A stretch of 64,000 nucleotides of DNA. Origin: Podarcis gaigeae. Its lineage: Eukaryota. Within the stretch, counting starts at the first letter, position 1, and every line of letters starts with the position of its first letter. Made by a program: the position numbers and the translations under genes. Where the stretch lies: the NCBI GenBank assembly GCA_964106915.2, contig OZ066922.1, one strand, 5' to 3'. This document shows positions 37,926 to 50,029 of this stretch, one piece after another. The notes beneath the pieces are model-generated. The model had not been told where the DNA came from, did no database searches, and saw only the letters and a list, made by a program, of their open reading frames with translations.

Positions 37926-37928
<3 letters not shown>

Positions 37929-38609
37929 AATGGAGGAAATGAAACTCCATGGATGCTCCTACTACTTGATGACGTTTACATGGATCATTTTAAACCACAT
38001 TCTCAACATATTATGAGTGGAGAACCTTGTTTTCTCTGAATAGTGATTGTCCCATGGGAAAGGACAGTTGGGATCTGTGTGCAATGGTGGGTGGAACAAG
38101 GTCCAATGATGGGCAGAGACACTCGTTTTCTTTTTCTATCACCACTTCTTCTCAGCATCACTTTTCAGCCATTTTTCAGACTGTCCATCTAGGCTTCATC
38201 TCTATGTTCACTTCATCTGTATGGTCACTTCATCTCTATGGCTAGATTGCTCATCCCCGCCCCCCCTAACCAGAGTTATCTTTCCATATAAGGAGAAGCT
38301 GTAGGCAGAGAAAACAGCAGCAGTTGAGCAGCAAAGGATAACGTGTGTGGAAGGGATTCAGGAAGAAGCAATATCTCTGAGCCAAGAGGGGAAGGCAGTG
38401 GTGGGGTCTGTTGTGGGGCAGTTGTGGAGGGAGGGCTGTCATGAGGAAGCAGCAAATGACTGAGTGACAGCAACTGTGGTGAGGAGAGGCAGTGAAAAAG
38501 TGGCTATTTCCCACCCTGAGTGGGTACTGAGAGGGAAGCAGGTATCATGCTCCAGGAAAATGGCTGATGGGCTAAGGTTCTAGTTACAGGAGTTATAAGC
38601 CTTTGCCAA

Positions 38610-39015
38610 TGTACTCACCAATGAGGTCAGGGTTACAGATGCAGCACAGTCCAAACAAGCCAAGGGTCAAGCACAAAGTATCAGTCGAGGTCCAAACGTG
38701 AGCCAGAAACAGTTCAAGATCAAAATCACAGAAAGTCCTGCCAAGGTACAACACAGCAAGACAAGGAAACTAGTATCAGGAATGAGGAGCCAGAGACTAG
38801 TTTTGTTTCCACCAACTGGAAGGCTCAGTAGTTCCTGGCCATTCCAGGGGTTCCCCATCATGTATCAATTCAGAGAGCTCCTCAGGGGAATTCTCTGCAT
38901 TGGACTCAGGGGGCCCTGGCTGTTCCTCAAAGCCATCTACCTGTGGGGTGACTGATTCACCCTCTGATCCAATCAATTCATCCATGAATTATTCAGGCCA
39001 GAAATAGGCATGACA
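38610..39015 (-). mobile_element. Probable decayed solo LTR with an acidic reading frame
   Basis: Minus strand begins TGTCATG; acidic ORF MDELIGSEGES…EELSE (38797-38985); left boundary and TSD (CCAA?) uncertain. Confidence 0.45.
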
Positions 39016-39329
39016 CCAAGTGAGAAGAAAATTGGAAAAGCACCAGAGTGATGTTGTGATTCACATAAAATTTGGCTGAGGGCTATGTGCAGCCTGCAGA
39101 CTGAGGGTTCTCTATCCAAGATCTGTATCTGTCTTTGACCCAGAGAAGTTTGCCTTACTTTTGCCCATAATAGAAGTATATTTAAAAATAATATTATTGG
39201 TTTGGATTTTTCAGATCACTAACATAACCCTCCCCACCAACCCCCCCCCCCCATTAATAACCTTAATAATTCTAGTATTTCTTTCTAGAAATTCAATCTT
39301 GCCATTTCCCAGCTGCTATACATACCACC

Positions 39330-39692
39330 GGACGCAGGTGGCGCTGTGGGTTAAAGCCTCAGCGCCTAGGACTTGCCGATCAAAAGGTCGGCGGTTCGAA
39401 TCCCTGCGGCGGGGTGCGCTCCCGCTGCTCGGTCCCAGCGCCTGCCAACCTAGCAGTTCGAAAGCACCTCCGGGTGCAAGTAGATAAATAGGGACCGCTT
39501 ACCAGCGGGAAGGTAAACGGCGTTTCCGTGTGCGGCTCTGGCTCGCCAGATGCAGCTTTGTCACGCTGGCCACGTGACCCGGAAGTGTCTCCGGACAGCG
39601 CTGGCCCCTGGCCTCTTGAGTGAGATGGGCGCACAACCCCAGAGTCTGGCAAGACTGGCCCGTACGGGCAGGGGTACCTTTACCTTTACCTT
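39330..39692 (+). mobile_element. Sauria SINE, young subfamily, full length
   Basis: 13-bp TSD TATACATACCACC 39317-39329 / 39693-39705; CpGs retained. Confidence 0.95.
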
Positions 39693-40149
39693 TATACATA
39701 CCACCAAATTGGTTTTGACAATTTAAGATTAATATAAAATGTAGGTTGCTAACACATGACAGAGCCCAAAGCTGGAGTGTTGGGAATATTTAACTCAAGC
39801 AGAAATTGCCCCAACAGCAAGACATCTGATTCTTCATGGATTCATGGAAACATCTGTCTTAGTGCTGTTGTTTACATCCCTTGAAGACAGAAGTCAAGCA
39901 AGTGACACAGGCTGTTTCATCACAGCAGAATGATCCGAGAATGGCTAAACAGGCAAGAGAGAACAGAAGGTTTGGGTGAAGTGTCTGATGCAGAAATGTT
40001 AGTGTACATCTTGGAGATAAATTGGATAAAGGAGACAAGCTACTCTTGAAATAGGACATTACTTACATCATATAAGTTGCTATAGCAGTGGTGGCTGGGG
40101 TGGGGTGGAGACAAGCACCATTTCAAAAAGGAAAGTCAATAGAAAATCA

Positions 40150-40530
40150 TAAACATTGACAAGGCAACACTACATTGCCACAAGTTTGCAAGATCACTGC
40201 AATAAACTACTATGACCATAAGGATAGACAAAAGCTATGGAGCTAAATGCACATGATTAACGATAGCCTCTAGTTAGATTACCTTTTAAAAGTATGCAAC
40301 AAATTTATGAGGGATAGGTCTTATTAATGGCAATTAAACACAACAGCTTGATTAAATGTCAATCTTCAGAGGAAGCAGATCCTGAATACCAAAGGCTGGG
40401 GGCAAATAAGAGAAGAAGGCTCCTGGCCTTCTCAGTTGTCTTGTTTGCTTGCTGGAGACTGCTAGTTGCTTGTTGCTGGAAACAGAATGCTGGCGTACCT
40501 TTGGTCTGATCCAGCAAGGTCTTCTATTTG
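40150..40530 (+). mobile_element. Decayed CR1 3' end
   Basis: Similar to 44090-44494, ending AACAGAATGCTGG…TTGGTCTGATCCAGCAAGG. Confidence 0.5.
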
Positions 40531-40651
40531 TGTGATCATACAGATTATACAGACGTGGGTGGCGCTGTGGTCTAAAACACAAAGCCTAGGGCTTCCTGAT
40601 CGGAAGGTCGCCATTCGAATCCCCGTGATGGGGTGAGCTCCCATTGCTCAG

Positions 40652-41466
40652 TGTCCAAGTGGTGTTCCCTCTTCGCAGTAACACTCCAGCACACGCAGTG
40701 TGATATTTACAGTCTTTATTAAAGGTAAAGGTACCCCTGCCCGTACGGGCCAGTCTTGACAGACTCTGGGGTTGTGCGCCCATCTCACTCAAGAGGCCGG
40801 GGGCCAGCGCTGTCCGGAGACACTTCCGGGTCACGTGGCCAGCGTGACATCGCTGCTCTGGCGAGCCAGAGCCGCACACGGAAACGCCGTTTACCTTCCC
40901 GCTAGTAAGCGGTCCCTATTTATCTACTTGCACCCAGGAGTGCTTTCGAACTACTAGGTTGGCAGGCGCTGGGACCGAACAACGGGAGCGGGGATTCAAA
41001 CCGCCAACCTTTCGATCGGCAAGCCCTAGACGCTGAGGCTTTTACCCACAGCGCCACCCGCGTCCGCCACAGTCTTTATTACATATATACATAAGAACAG
41101 CTACAGTTCAAAATCATGCATCCAAACGTGTCAAGTCAGATTCGGGGAGTGGCTTCTTTCAATTCTGGCACCAACAAAGAAGGCATGGAAACCTCATGAG
41201 ACGTCTTTGATCTTTACATTTCATTTCCCTTCTTGTCTGTGCTGATGTGAAGGCTCCCCCCCCCCCTTTCTGAGTCTGAACTTCCTTCTCCCAGCTCTGG
41301 TGGGTTATAGGGCTCTCCACCATCTCTGAACCCCTGCTCTGCCTGACTACTCTCCACCTGTTGTTCTGCTTCATACATCATTTCCCTCTCTTCCTCTTCT
41401 GACAGTTCCTGCTCCGAACCCTCCCCTGCTACTGATGAAGCAATGCGTTCTGGTTCTTCCCCGACA
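40652..41466 (-). mobile_element. Solo LTR (Gypsy-like) with acidic/basic reading frame, interrupted by a SINE
   Basis: TGTC…GACA termini; 5-bp TSD CTCAG (40647-40651, 41467-41471); AATAAA on the minus strand. Confidence 0.88.
40721..41068 (-). mobile_element. Sauria SINE, young subfamily, nested in the solo LTR
   Basis: 12-bp TSD ACAGTCTTTATT 40709-40720 / 41069-41080. Confidence 0.95.
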
Positions 41467-44089
41467 CTCAGTCCTAGCTCTTGCCTACCTAGCAGTTCGA
41501 AAGCACATCAAAGTGCAAGTAGATAAATAGGTATACCGCTCCGGCGGGAAGGTCAACAGCGTTTCCATGCGCTGCTCTGGTTTGCCAGAAGCAGCTTAGT
41601 CATGCTGGCCACATGACCCGGAAGCTGTACGCTGGCTGCCTCAGCCAGTAAAGCAAGATGGCGCCACAATCCCAGAGTCCTCTGCAACTGGACCTAACGG
41701 TCAGGGGTCCCTTTACCTTTACCTTTACCTTACAGATTATAGTTCCATTGTTCTTCCAATAACCGTTTCATGGCTTTGATGGATGCTTTGTCATAAATTA
41801 GAGGCTTAAAGCAGTGAGTGGCAACATGCACTCATATCCAAATTATAAATCTGATAGGAGCATGCTGCCCAACTCACACCATCCAGTTTAGGCAGAGACT
41901 GCACTGGATGCATTCCACCTGAATATGGATCCGTGTTTAACCTTCTAATGCAGTTATCAGTATGATGATGCAACCCATCTACCTATTCTCCATGCTGTTC
42001 TTCCTCATTAGTTTGGGACAACTATGTTTTGGCAACATTGATCAGACTTATGGGATTATTTTAATGATACAAAAATGATGGTGGCCATGGAGTAGGGCTC
42101 CTCAACTGGTGACTCTATGGCCAGTATACCGAACCTTAAGTTCTACTAGTTGTATCACCAGCCTAGGGATAAGGGAAGTGCTTGGCAGTAATGGTGGTTC
42201 CCACAATGGAATTAGCTGAGTAATTGCTGTGGGCCACCTCCCTCCATCACCACCTCAAATTGACTCTCCCATAAATCTCTCCCATTGCTGACCAGAGCAA
42301 TATAGTCATTGCAGGAAGTGGATGTCACATGAGTTAATCTTCTCCCAGATACCATCCCAAGAAAACTGCAGAGTTAGATATATGCTGTAGCACAGGGGTA
42401 GCCACTGTGATGGCCAATGGTCAGGGCTGAAGGAAACAGTAGTCAACAAAACCTTGAGGGCAGCATGTTGGATTCCCTTGCTGCACTGAAGCAGGTATAT
42501 TTGTACAGGACAGGATAAACAGCAGTTTTCTCCTGTGGTGCATTACTTCTTGCTTATACTACAACAAACAGTTATGACTTCAGCATAAATAATTACTTTT
42601 TTGTGCAGAAGCCACATTATGTAAGCTTCATTAACGGAGCATGTTCTTCTAAAGAAAGGACCACACAAGGCCAAGGCCAAGAGAGAGGTAACAGAAATAG
42701 CAATGAGGAAAGTATCATTTATTTGTTTGTTGTTTAGGAGAGCGGGGAGGGGAAAGACTTGTGCCAATATGTTTCGCTCCCCACCTCAATACTTAAGAAG
42801 CTTTTGGGCTTGAGGGTATTCAATATCTCTTACTGATTCTTACGTTATTGCATCTGAGATCAGAAAAGAAGCTCTGCAGGCAATAATGAATGGCAGCAAT
42901 AACAAAAAACAAAGAGACATGAAAGTGCAATCAGTCCACCCCATGGCTAAGTAATTGGCGCTGGAGACGTTATGATCACAAACGGCACAAATGAATCCAA
43001 CTTTCCCTAAAGCCTTATTATTTGACTGATCCCGTGTGACATTCTCCCCCTTTCCCTTTTAAGGATCAAAGGGGGAGGAGGAAGTTTGCTCCTCGGGGAT
43101 AATCTGAAATGCCCAAACATATTAGCAGAATCTTTGCATCCAAGCAGAGGGCACAGCTAATTATTCAAGGATCAATGGAAAATGCACAAATGTCGTTTCA
43201 TACAGTCACTTTGCATTTCGTTGTTGTCTTCTTGTGGACTTTGGGGAGTAGCTCTTCTCATGCAAACTGTTTACAACAAACAAATTACTGTAATAGACGC
43301 ATATTCACTAGCTATTCTTTGAAACATAAAGCCATGCAAAGTCTCCCCACCCCAAGCGCAAAGCCTTATGTACGTGGGGGTGGGGATGGCACACACACAC
43401 ACCCCTGCACTAATCAGATTTATATCCCACCCTTTTCCCCCAGGAGCCCAGTGCAGTGAACATAAAATTTCCTTCCTGTTTAATCCTCACAAAAACACTG
43501 CCAATGTAGATATTGCTGAGGAATGGCCATTGGCCAAACATCACCAACTGAGCTTCATAAGAGTCTGCATTATGAACATGGCCACTCTAGTGCATGTCTA
43601 CAGACGGGCTAGCACACCACATTGGCATTGATTTACATGTTGCCTTACCAGTGATGTAGTGGTGCAGGAACACGGGGTTGGGGTGGGAGGTGGGCAAGAC
43701 CCATTACTATTTATGCAACAGGGTGCTCCCTTGAGCATCCTAGGGCCATTCAATAATAATGAAAAGGGAGCTCTTTAGCCAATGTTCTCTTTACCCTTTT
43801 TCTCAAGGTGAATCCTTTTCTTGGAGAATTGGAGGCTCTTAGGTGGTTGTGTTATGGTGTGCACCCATTTTGAGTCTGGACCAAACTTGAAGTGAGTTTC
43901 TTCAACTGGGGAAAGCCCATAGCTCAGTGGTGGAGCACATTATTTGTATGGGAATAGTCCCAAGTTCAATCTCCAGAGTGTTTTGGGAAAGAAAAAAAAT
44001 CAGTGGAAAGCAGCTGCAAGTCAGACTATACAATACTGAGTTTGATTAAATAATGGCCTAATTCTATATAAGGCAACTTCCCAAGTTAC

Positions 44090-45310
44090 TTAGTTTAATT
44101 GTGTATGGCATGCAGAAATTGGATAGAGAAAAGATTTTCTCACTGTCTCCTAGAACTTGGTGGATCCCATGAAGTTCAATGCTGGAAGATTGAAGATAGA
44201 CAAATGAAAGAACTTCTTCACACAATGCATAGTTATACTATGGAATTTGCTCCCATAAGTGACAGTGATGGCTATCAATTTGGAGGGCTTTAAAAGACGA
44301 TTCAAAAAATTCATGGAGGTGAAGGTTATCAAATAGCCATGATGCTCTGCCTCCACAGCTGGAAGCAGGATGTATCTGAATATCAGCTGCTGGAAACCAC
44401 AGGGAGAGTGCTGTTTCCTTCAAGGCCTGCTTTGAGGCTTCTCATTGGCATCTGGTTGACCACAGGATACTGTCTGAGAACAGAATGCTGGACTAGCCTG
44501 ATGCAATATCAACAACCTCAGATATGCAGATGACACAACCTTGATGGCAGAAAGTGATGAGGAATTAAAGAACCCTTTAATGAGGGTGAAAGAGGAGAGT
44601 GCAAAATATGGTCTGAAGCTCAACATCAAAAAAAACCAAAGATCATGGCCACTGGTTCCATCACCTCCTGGCAAATAGAAGGGGAAGAAATGGAGGCAGG
44701 GAGAGATTTTACTTTCTTGGGCTCCATGATCACTGCAGATGGTGACAGTCTTGGGAGAAAAGCAATGACAAACCTATACAGCATCTTAAAAAGCAGAGAC
44801 ATAACCTTGCCAACAAAGGTCCGTATAGTTAAAGCTATGGTTTTCCCAGTAGTGATATATGGAAGTGAGAGCTGGACCATAAAGAAGGCTGATCACCAAA
44901 GAACTGATGTTTTTGAATTATGGTGCTGGAGGAGACTCTTGAGAGTCCCATGGACTGCAAGAAGATCAAACCTCTCTATTCTTAAGTAAATCAGCCCTGA
45001 GTACTCACTAGAAGGACAGATCGTGAAGCTGAGGCTCCAATACTTTGGCCACCTCATGAGAAGAGAAGACTCCCTGGAAAAGACCCTGATGTTGGGAAAG
45101 ATTGAGGGCACAAGGAGAAGGGGACGACAGAGGATGAGATGGTTGGACAGTGTTCTCGAAACTACTAGCATGAGTATAACCAAACTGCGGGAGGCATTGG
45201 AAGACAGGAGTGCCTGGCGTGCTCTGGTCCATGGGGTCATGAAGAGTCGGACACGACTAAATGACTAAAGAACAACAGCCTGATGCAGCAGGACCATTCT
45301 TAATGTCTTA
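44090..45310 (+). mobile_element. Old CR1 LINE 3' end split by Bov-B
   Basis: Decayed RT-GH-KL…FFTQ…WNLLP coding remnant plus 3' UTR, which resumes after 45287 and ends TTCTTAATGTCTTA. Confidence 0.7.
44506..45276 (+). mobile_element. Bov-B (RTE) LINE, 5'-truncated
   Basis: NLRYADDTTLMAES, FTFLGSMIT, TKVRIVKAMVFPVVIYGSESWT, FELWCWRRLLRVPWTARRSN; in-frame stop and frameshift; 11-bp TSD AGCCTGATGCA 44495-44505 / 45277-45287. Confidence 0.95.
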
Positions 45311-47564
45311 TGACTCCTGTTTTCAAAATTTGTCCCATCCCTAATCAGCAATGACTGTTAGGTATGCATTAGTGTGTGACTCGTTTTTCTATACATATCC
45401 TTTTTTTTAGTCACAAAACTATCTTTGATGACATACATACAAAAATTATAGCTTTCTGTCTGCTGCGGTAGAACCTCAACCACTCTGATTACCCTCATCA
45501 ATGGGTGACTGCGTCAGCCAGTTAGTTGTAGCCCAGAAGCCTTTATAATATCACAAGCTTACTGACCCACTCATGCTGCGACTATAAAGAGCAACTACCT
45601 TGTCCTCCTTTAATGGACTTATAGGGAAAAAATATCTACCTGGCAACAGACTTTGAAAGGTCACAGTACATAGAGATAGCCTGGCATCATCTCTTCCTGC
45701 ATTTCTCATTTACTTTAACTACTACATTTGTTCCACTCCTTGTTATGAATAAGCACTTGGTCAGTTATAAATCATAAAGTAATCATTCTTGATACCAGAG
45801 ACACATTAGAAATTGCTGCTGTCAGCAGTTAACAACACGATTTAGATTGCTAAGCAAATGTGACTAAATGCAGAATTGCAAGTAACAGAGCAGTAAATGC
45901 CCTTCAGGCAATGCCTTGTCAATGATTGTCATTAACTCATTGACTATACAATCTAGCTTCCGGGCCTCTGCGCAAATCTATAGGGCACGGCAGAACCTTA
46001 TCACCATGCCAGCTTAGAAGTCTTCCAGGAGAAACACATGTTCTCTAGAACTGAGAAATGAGTATAGGGCTCCGAAGTGACTTTAAATAAATTACCTGCA
46101 CTGATTGTGCTTCCTTGGCATAAATTTCTAACTAGTGTCTGTTTAGTTAATTTTTTTATTTCCTTTGTAACTCCATATCTTAAACCAGGGCTGGATCCTT
46201 ATCTCTCCCACCCACAGGGGCCAACTTTGGCAGGTTGGTAGAGCTGTGCCACTCTCCCAAGCAATGTTACACAGAACACTTTAAGCACCCAGCTCCAATT
46301 TGGGACTGGACAGCTCCTTACTGAAGTAGTCTGAATGATAAAGAGATTAGGTATGATTTTGCCAAAGTTAAGCACTTCTGAGGATCATTGAGTTCTATCA
46401 AAGAAATGCAAAATGAAAGTGGAAAGGCACCAATCAGCAGAAAAGACAACCTCTAGGTGCAACAGGAACTATATTGGTTTATTAAGCCCACAGTTCTTCA
46501 GAGTTATTCCTCAGGGGCACACATTGAACCACACATTCGATGGTTTCTATGTGTTTCTAAAGAGGCAAGAACATCCTGTCCCATTACAAAATGGAAAATC
46601 CATTCATCACAAACACACCCCAAACTGGGAAATGTCAGCATAAAACCAGACCCGGCTAAGAACGTGTCATGACAGCTTTGGTTTAACCTGTATGTTCAAG
46701 CTATCAGTACATTTCTAGCTGACTGACTCTTGAAATGGATGCCACAAGAGATTTTTAAATCTTCCTACAATTTTATGTTATATTTTTCACCTGAGACATT
46801 ATCATTATTTGCAACTGATAAAAAAAATGTGCATGAGACTCTTGGGGAAAGGGGCTCCTTGACCTGGGCAAGACATGTTTAGCCTCTCATGTCCGCGTGC
46901 TTTTTATGTAATATTTGCCTCTACATCAGAAGCCAATGCCACAGAACATTGCATTTAATGAACTTTCAGCGTGCCTCTGTATACTGAATGTACAAAGCTT
47001 TTCTTAGCTGTACATAAGGAGTTACAGACTGCTCAGACAGCCGGTTTTCTTGAATCCCGCGTTGGCCCATTCTTTTTTTCCTCTTCTTTTTTAAAACTGT
47101 TTCCCACTCTCCCTTTTGTGTCTGGGATGCTACAGAAGTCCTTCAATAAATCTGGAGGGGAGAAAAATAGAATGACGCTTCTGTTCTTCCAGCATTTGAC
47201 AGCTTTTCATTACCTTCCACTCACTCTAAGCCAAAAAGAACATGTGGCCATCTGTTAATAAATCTCGACAGGGTTTCCAACAAGTGCCAGAAATCCCACA
47301 CTCATGACGATTTTGATGGATGTCACTTTGGGAATGTGAGGAAAGTGAAGGAGTTCTGTGATTTGTGTTTTAAAATAACTGCACAATCAAGTTGACCAAA
47401 ATAGCATTGCTGGAAACATGGCTCTAAAGGTTTAAGAAACAAATTTAAACAAAGAAAATATATAATCTATGCAGCACTTTTGAACTTATTAAAAGGGTAT
47501 CATATTCACACTGTCACCAGCACCCTTAAACAGGTCAGCACTGTATTATATTGCACATTGGCCA

Positions 47565-49370
47565 AATACCTGGGGGTTAATATGACTGCTAAGAATGTGA
47601 ATTTATTTAAAGATAACTATGAAAAATGCTGGTCAGAAGTGAAAAAGGATTTAGAAATATGGTCAAACTTGAAGCTTTCCTTGCTAGGCCGTATTGCTGC
47701 TATAGAAATGAATGTATTGCCAAGAATGTTGTTTTTGTTTCAATCATTGCAAATTTTGGATAAAATGGACTGTTTCAAGAAGTGGCAGAATGATATTTCT
47801 AGATTTGTCTGGCAGGGCAAGGAGCCCAGAATAAAATTTAAAATATTAAGTGATGCAAAGGAATGAGGTGGATTTGCCCTGCCAGACCTTAAACTTTACT
47901 ATGAATCAGCCGCATTTTGCTGGCTGAAAGAATGGCTGCTTCTTGAGAACACAGACATTTTGGATCTAGAAGGCTTTAATAATGTATTTGGGTGGCATGC
48001 ATATTTGTGGTACGATAAGGTCAAGCCACATAAAGCATTTAAAACCATATTGTCAGGAAAGCACTGTTTAACGTCTGGATAAGATATAAAGATCTACTTG
48101 AAAGTAAAACCCCAAGGTGGTTGTCACCGATGCAAGCGAAGGCTCAGAAAAAGCTCAATATAGAGGCCAAATGGCCGAAATATTGGGAGATTTTGGAACA
48201 AGAAGGAGATAATTTGAAATTGCAGAGCTTTGAGAAACTAAAAGATAAAGTGTGAGATTGGCTTCATTATTATCAAATAAGGGAGGCTTACAATCTGGAC
48301 AAGAAAATTGGCTTCCAGGTGGAAAAATCAAAATTGGAAACAGAACTGTTAGATCCCAAAACTAAGATACTATCAAGAATGTATAACTTGCTGTTGAAAT
48401 GGAATACTCAGGATGAAATGGTGAAATCTGCTATGATAAAATGGGCATAAGATGTTGGACATAACATTATGTTCGCTGACTGGGAACAGTTATGGACCAC
48501 AGGTATGAAATTTACGGCATGTAATGCCTTAAGAGAGAATATTATGAAAATGATATACAGGTGGTACATGACAGGAGTCAAGCTTGCAAAAATATATCAT
48601 TTGCCAGATAATAAGTGTTGGAAATGTAAAGAAAATGAAGGTACATTCTTTCACCTTTGGTGGACGTGCCCAAGGATTAAGGCTTTCTGGGAGATGATCT
48701 ATAATGAAATGAAAAAGGTATTTAAATATACCTTCCTGAAGAAACCAGAGGCCTTTCTCCTGGGCATGGTCGACCAATTGGTGCCAAAGAAGGATAGAAC
48801 GTTCCTTATGTATGCAACAACAGCAACAAGAATACTCATCGCAAAGTATTGGAAGACACAAGATCTACCCACCCAGGAAGAATGGCAGATGAAGTTGATG
48901 GACTACATGGAACTGGCGGAAATGACTGGCAGAATCCGAGACCAGGGAGAAGAGTCGGTAGAAGAAGACTGGAAGAAATTTAAAGACTATTTACAGAAAC
49001 ACTGTAAAATTAAGGAATGTTAGAGGGATGCTGGAATGAAGTTAAGTGGTTTTAGCAATAATGTTATAAAGGGGTATGTAAAAATGGATTGTCAACAGGT
49101 GAAAATGTAAATGTAAAGTTCCAATATATTAAGTTAATATATCAAGATAAAAGCAAAAAGGGTAAGGACTTGCTGAAACAACTACTGAACTAGAATACAA
49201 AAAAGGGAGGTGTGAGGAGGTCAGGGAAATAAGCAAATGAAAGACAAGACATGGAAAGACTGATTTGTTTTTAATTGTTTTTAATTTTTTCTTTATTTTT
49301 TCTGTATTTTGTATTTTTTGTCTTTTTTTCCTCTCTTTTCTTCTTTCTATTTTTGTAATTTCCTTGAAAC

Positions 49371-49413
<43 letters not shown>
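47565..49413 (+). mobile_element. L1-clade LINE 3' 1.8 kb (disabled ORF2) with (TA)n tail
   Basis: KYLGV…LSLLGRIAAIEMNVLPRMLFLFQ; GGFALPD; CWKCKE…FHLWWTC; stop at 49023. 18-bp TSD TATATTGCACATTGGCCA 47547-47564 / 50056-50073, which also encloses the Penelope insert. Confidence 0.93.
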
Positions 49414-49417
<4 letters not shown>

Positions 49418-49500
49418 CTTTCGTAGATTTTCACGGGTACAGGAATGCAGGTTTTGGTGTCCTCGGGTGTCTTCCCGTGTAAAAGTTGGGGTGTCTAGGC

Positions 49501-49534
49501 GACGTTTCGACGAGGTCTCACTCGTCATCTTCAG
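49501..49534 (-). ncRNA. Minimal type I hammerhead ribozyme motif (mirror copy)
   Basis: Exact reverse complement of 49945-49978. Confidence 0.75.
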
Positions 49535-49944
49535 GCTGGTGCTTTCGGCTTCTTGTTACTGGAACAGAGCGGGATCTCAATGTTTGAGTTCCTATAAATA
49601 CTGTAGAGGGGGTGTGGTGTCTAGCCTCCAATGTTCTGGGCAGAGAGGAAGTTCCCAGGCTAGTGTGCCTTTTCTTCTTTTGTTCCTTAATTACTTGAGA
49701 GATACCTTGAGTAATCCACACCTAATGACCCACCTAAGTGGTACTCAGGATATCACTCAAGAAATCACTCAAGGTATCTCTCAAGTAATTAAGGAACAAA
49801 AGAAGAAAAGGCACACTAGCCTGGGAACTTCCTCTCTGCCCAGAACATTGGAGGCTAGACACCACACCCCCTCTACAGTATTTATAGGAACTCAAACATT
49901 GAGATCCCGCTCTGTTCCAGTAACAAGAAGCCGAAAGCACCAGC

Positions 49945-49978
49945 CTGAAGATGACGAGTGAGACCTCGTCGAAACGTC
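49945..49978 (+). ncRNA. Minimal type I hammerhead ribozyme motif
   Basis: CTGAAGA-T-GACGAG(tgagac)CTCGTC-GAAA-CGTC: conserved core, 6-bp stem II, palindromic ACGT in place of stem III, GUC cleavage triplet. Stem I is only ~2 bp. Confidence 0.75.
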
Positions 49979-50029
49979 GCCTAGACACCCCAACTTTTAC
50001 ACGGGAAGACACCCGAGGACACCAAAACC

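Larger units (their letters stand above)
40550..41730 (+). mobile_element. Sauria SINE split by a solo LTR (halves 40550-40651 and 41467-41730)
   Basis: 11-bp TSD TACAGATTATA 40539-40549 / 41731-41741; the halves join into a complete SINE. Confidence 0.92.
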
